The notes beneath the pieces are model-generated. The model was given only the letters and a program-made list of their open reading frames with translations, did not search any database and was not told where the DNA came from. DNA of 64,000 nucleotides from Zancudomyces culisetae HAW-14-8 (Eukaryota; Fungi; Kickxellomycota): positions 372,001 to 436,000 of the forward strand of contig JBNJNM010000021.1 of NCBI GenBank assembly GCA_052426225.1, read 5' to 3'. Of this stretch, positions 59,384 to 64,000 are shown piece after piece; position 1 is the stretch's first letter; the number at the start of each line of letters is the position of its first letter. Position numbers and translations under genes: made by a program.

Positions 59384-60406
59384 GCTTACATGGCCGTTTT
59401 TGGGAATAAAGTTATAGTTAGTGCACATTCTGTTATATTTTTAGACTATTCCTACTATCGGCTTTGCGATCACCAATTATTGAGGCTGTTGCTTTACTTT
59501 GGTAAAAATTAAATGTATTTACTGTTTATCGTATGTCGGTAGCATGATTATGTTATTTATTTTACACTATGGCTAGTACCATGGGGATATATAATATTAA
59601 GGGAGGGTATTCAGATGTCCTAATTTTTCGACACCTTACCATTCCTCTTTAGTCACGCTTGTGTTTAAGCTTGTTTTTTCTTAAATAATATATTACATGT
59701 AATGCACACTGAAAAAAGGATAACACAGATCCAAATATTGGTACTAAATGCCTTTTCTGTTTTGCGTTTATATTCTAAATTAATGAAGCCCCTTTTTTGT
59801 TCTTGTTTAAATATCTCGTATAAAAAAAACCAGGTTCAATTTAATCAATAGCTGTAGTGAGTTTGGTTTATACAATACCCCATCTCTTCCTTCTTCATGA
59901 CGAGAAAGAGAATGAGAAAGAACTGGTTAGCTAAATATATATATACGATTCCCGTCATTGAGAGTGCTATTATGTGTAACCCACATATGGTATGTACCAG
60001 GCTCTTGTTTCTGATCCTTTTTAGAATACTACTCTGGTAGTACTCTTAAAAAATCAGATTAATCAAAGTATGATAACAGGTTCTTATATTAGCATGATAA
60101 TATCTGTCAACAATATGAGGGAATCCCTGTTGTTTCAATATAAATATGTGTAAAATTACTATTCACGGTTCTGTATACAACTTTTCCTGGTATTGAATCA
60201 ATTATAACACATATCGGTTTCAGGGATAATTGATGCTAGACTTGCAAGCACATAATTATAAGCTTACAGCTTTGAGTATAAAATGGAATTTGTATTACAT
60301 TACTGGAAAATTATAAATCCCACTTGGAGATCTTCTGATACACAATACTCTCTTTTTTTACAGGTCACAAAGAAATTAGACAGTATACACAAGCACTTGG
60401 GAAATA

Positions 60407-60994
60407 ATGAAGATCAAAATATTTATCGTGAGAATAACTGCTATCTTAAACATCCTACTGCAAATCTCCAGTCATCTCCTGAGTGTGGAACAGATGGAGC
60501 ACAAGGAGGATGGGTGTACTCAATATGAAGGATTACATAATATTGAAAGAGCAATAGGTAGACTTGGAATATTAAAGGACGTCGAACACATTCTTGCGTA
60601 CGTAAAAGTACCTAGCTACAATGAGGCAGACCATGACCACAGCAGTTTCTATGAGTATATCTTGACAGAAGTTTGTGATTTGGCCGTAGGATACACTTCG
60701 ATTGGTGCTAAAGAATGGGTAAACTCAAGTGATGCCAGGAAAAGTGCCATGCCTCAAAAAGAGAACTGCAGCTACCCATTTTTTACCGAGGCAATAGTCA
60801 AAAAAACTCAGGCAACAGGCCCACTAAAGCCATTTGTTGAGTACAGTGTTTGCGAGGCAGATAACTCTTGTGTTATAACAGCAAGCGCTGTTACACTGGC
60901 TCCTGGGGAAAAGAAAGATGTGCCAAAAACGGAAGGATGTGTAGTATCCCTGTTTATGCCGCTCTTCTCTATTGATGCATATCTTTCTCCTTAG
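60407..60994 (+). CDS. Hypothetical 195-aa protein, possibly secreted
   Basis: Open frame with coding-like composition, a hydrophobic N-terminus and six Cys; no family recognised. Confidence 0.55.
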   Translation: MKIKIFIVRITAILNILLQISSHLLSVEQMEHKEDGCTQYEGLHNIERAIGRLGILKDVEHILAYVKVPSYNEADHDHSSFYEYILTEVCDLAVGYTSIGAKEWVNSSDARKSAMPQKENCSYPFFTEAIVKKTQATGPLKPFVEYSVCEADNSCVITASAVTLAPGEKKDVPKTEGCVVSLFMPLFSIDAYLSP

Positions 60995-61393
60995 TTTTTA
61001 CAAGCTTTTTTTCGCTTTTTTCTACAAGCCCTCAATGAGATTTATAATAAAGCATACCTTTGCAAATATCCCTTTTCTGTAAAAAAGGCATGCACAAAAC
61101 AATAATAGAAAATTAGTATTATGTGTGTGAGGGGAGAGGAGGTGGGTTATTACAGTACGAGTATGTTTTCTCGATACACGTTTTAATATATGCATACATT
61201 ACTATTAATAAAGATATGGTATGTTGCATTCAAACACATGAGAATAAACACAATAAGAAATATGAAAATTATTAAAGCACTAAGATAGCATGCAGATTCT
61301 AACTACTTTACAGAAATAACGTTTATACTATACATAAACCATGAAGTATGCTGCTCCGAAGCCCGAGTTGGATAAATACAGAAAATGGTGTCA

Positions 61394-62410
61394 TTACCCA
61401 AATACTCTTTTGAACCATCCATCTTTTTCCCTATGTGATTTCCAGGTCACAATACATGCCTCGGGCATTTTTTCAATATCTTCCAAACCAGTACAGGTTA
61501 CCTGGTGGTAGTCAGAACCATTAACAACTATTAATGCTGGAGTTGCACTAATTTGAAACGCTTTGATGAGTTTTTTGATAATTTCCTCTTTAAACGCAGG
61601 TATGAATGTTATTCGTGAGTTTTTGATGACACTTAGTGTTTCCACATTGTTTTGGTATATTGGAACATAAATAATATTTATAGAGTTTTGATTTAGTTTT
61701 GCAAAGTTTAGCATCCTCTTTGTTGTACCAGATAGTATGTACCCTTGCGAGTCTGAAAAATAAAATCCAATAAGTTTGTTCCCCATCTCTGTTAATGTAC
61801 TAAATACTTCATTTCCTCTGCTATCTCTCAGTTCATATAATGCGTTTACAATTGGATCATGTTCAACTAGCTGCTTGTACCGCATACTATTAATTGAGTT
61901 TTTAGAGAGCTTTATGCTCATTTTGTTAAAATGCTCTGTGCCGGATGGGATCCTTTCTAAGTTCCCCCCTTTAAACAAAAATACTTTTTTAATGATAGGT
62001 GGGTCTTTCTTTGCTTGACCATCACCAGCTACTGCGTCGATACTGCTATGTGAGTGCGCGTTGCTTATCATTATTGTATCGCTACTTTGACTTTCATCGA
62101 TACTTTTCTCGGTCGTTGGGCTAGTTTTGCTGTGTAAATCCAGCATCTGGCCTGATCCAATTGTCAGTTCATCACTACCTCTCTGTCTGTAAGTCTGTAT
62201 ATCATACAAATCATCTTTATTATTAACGTGATCCTCACAAACGGTCATTATGTCGCTATTTGAAGGAGATATCAGTCCCGTATTATCTGTTGCGATCTTA
62301 GAGGACTGGTGCTGAGACCAAGTGCTACAACTTGCATTTTCTTTTATGCCTGTATCGTGTTTATCTTTGTTGGTTTTTATAAACAGTGGGTTAATTTTGT
62401 TTTCTTTCAT
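61394..62410 (-). CDS. Nucleoredoxin/tryparedoxin-like thioredoxin-fold protein lacking CxxC, with a disordered N-terminus
   Basis: NKLIGFYFS...INIIYV...FIP...LIKAFQISATPALIVVN...G follows the nucleoredoxin-type pattern. Confidence 0.7.
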   Translation of the reverse strand: MKENKINPLFIKTNKDKHDTGIKENASCSTWSQHQSSKIATDNTGLISPSNSDIMTVCEDHVNNKDDLYDIQTYRQRGSDELTIGSGQMLDLHSKTSPTTEKSIDESQSSDTIMISNAHSHSSIDAVAGDGQAKKDPPIIKKVFLFKGGNLERIPSGTEHFNKMSIKLSKNSINSMRYKQLVEHDPIVNALYELRDSRGNEVFSTLTEMGNKLIGFYFSDSQGYILSGTTKRMLNFAKLNQNSINIIYVPIYQNNVETLSVIKNSRITFIPAFKEEIIKKLIKAFQISATPALIVVNGSDYHQVTCTGLEDIEKMPEACIVTWKSHREKDGWFKRVFG

Positions 62411-63275
62411 TTTATCGTTTGTTTGCCGCTTGGACGTATTTACTCTTACTTTACTCTTACTTTTGTGCTTTTATATTTCAAAATACTGGTATTTTTTGTT
62501 TGTATATATTTAAGATTGCTTCACCTAGTGATATATACTCCTTTTTTCTCTCTTGACCTGCTCTATCTCCCCTCCCTTCTAGACGAGCTTTAAATTAACG
62601 TTTTTTGAATATTGATGTAGTTCCTATTCACCTTGAAGTTCAAACCCACCAATTTGTTATTAGTGAAGAAATTCTACTTTTGTCAAGAGTGAATAAGCGT
62701 TTAAAAATAAAAAATTGGTGTGCGAATTAAGATATATTACTTTTAATTTTCTGTTCATAAAGAGTTTGAAATACGAATATTGTCTTAACACCACCTTAAA
62801 TGTATATTTGCTTTTTTCAATGCCATATAAAATGGTATGTATTTGTACCCTAATATACGACAGCCACTGAGAATTCGTGCATATAAGCCAAATCACATTA
62901 TTAGCATTTTAATGATTTGTATGGTTTTTTTTTTTCCTTTTTGGAACTAAGAATTGAGAAAAAAATCTAAATGCCGATTTAAATTAACCCCATTTAGCCT
63001 CAGGCTTACCATCGCATTATTATTAAGAGCATATTCACCATCTTGGTGATTGAACTTGTTGCATTTTTCAAAATCCTCCTCTGCTATCCCCCATCCAACA
63101 ATGACCATTAGTCTCAAACATGATATCATTTTTGCCTTTGTCTTTTGCTGTTTTCTTTTTGGCATTTTTCAATTTGTTGCCAGCACGTAAAAAAAAAGCC
63201 ATCATTAATAAATAAAAACACAGAATAGTTAACCTGAAATGTGTGAGCATGTAAACAAAATCAAATCCAGAGGTA

Positions 63276-63304
63276 AAAACAAAAACAAAAACAAAAACAA
63301 AAAC
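63276..63304. repeat. (AAAAAC)n hexamer repeat
   Basis: aaaacaaaaacaaaaacaaaaacaaaaac. Confidence 0.85.
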
Positions 63305-64000
63305 GAAACGTCAAAAAATAAAGAAAAGGCATCCACTACCAAGTCTGATAATCGATATTGCATGGAACCCATAAAGGACCTTTCCCCATTCCAAATATTT
63401 AGCATAAAAGACAATAATCTGTGGAAATTGGCTACTTTAATTCGCCATTTACTCCAATTAGCTCAATAAGCCATTTGCTTGTAGTTTGTAGAAAATGCTA
63501 AATGAACAAACAGCCAAATAGAAAGCACAGGAAAACAAACCCAACATTGCTGCTTTGTATTGTTTTAATCACAATCGAGTTTTTTTCTAATTTTTTTTCT
63601 TCGCATTCAGAAACTTTGGTGTGGTCATTTATTCTTTCATTCTGATGAAGGAATTTTAACAGCCATTATTTACTCTCATCAAAGCATTATTACCATTTTA
63701 TTTACTTTTGCGCTTTATTTTACATCGCGGTAGTGGTGATGTAGTATGAAAAATGTAAAGGCACCTGTTACATATAGTGGGTATTCATAAAAAAAGTGAC
63801 AAAAACGAACAAACATCATTGTGGAAAGTCTAATGTGTTTTAATCAAATTTTGCATTCTCTTCTAGTTCAGATAAAAACAGATTGCGCTTGTATCTTGAT
63901 CAAAAAACAAAACTTGGCACATGTAAAATAACTGAGTTCATCTGTGTCCATGCCCTTGAATAAGAAAAAAAAAGGCTCTAGTTGAATAGCTTTGTATGTG

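Noticed and set aside
1-64000. Selenoprotein/SECIS system, known from some early-diverging fungi
   Set aside because: No gene here needs an in-frame TGA, TGA stops fall at expected C-termini, and no SECIS core was seen
1-64000. CRISPR arrays, rRNA or autonomous transposons
   Set aside because: No repeat-spacer arrays, rRNA motifs, or RT/integrase/transposase ORFs were seen

Overview
AT-rich, gene-dense eukaryotic DNA with short GT-AG introns, clearly fungal. Gene content and style suggest an early-diverging lineage such as the Kickxellomycotina/Harpellales insect-gut fungi (inference only). About 22 protein-coding genes are supported: GET3, RPC31, COG1-like, mitochondrial S18, TIM9, UAP1, a HAD hydrolase, Atg31-like, LAMTOR4-like, FAM206A-like, a division-2 chitin synthase, beta-MPP, two CBM19-repeat GPI-type proteins, a Crinkler-type REase protein, BPL1, a DUF3684-type GHKL ATPase, RidA, an LRR protein, HTD2, TAPT1/EMP65 and a CxxC-less thioredoxin-like protein. 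The most interesting signals lie outside the ORF track. (1) A ~1.2 kb minus-strand structured RNA candidate (29915-31095) has a CUAACCCUAACCC template-like motif inside a long enclosing helix, the layout of a telomerase RNA. (2) An expanded U1-like snRNA candidate (16704-17028) has the non-canonical 5' end AUUUUACCUG, which matches GTAAAA(T) donors found in this window. (3) A 43-aa three-exon membrane microprotein lies at 1408-1659. (4) A tRNA T-arm with an A-tail is flanked by a 16-bp direct repeat at 15944-16006. All splice models and RNA folds were read by eye and are unverified.
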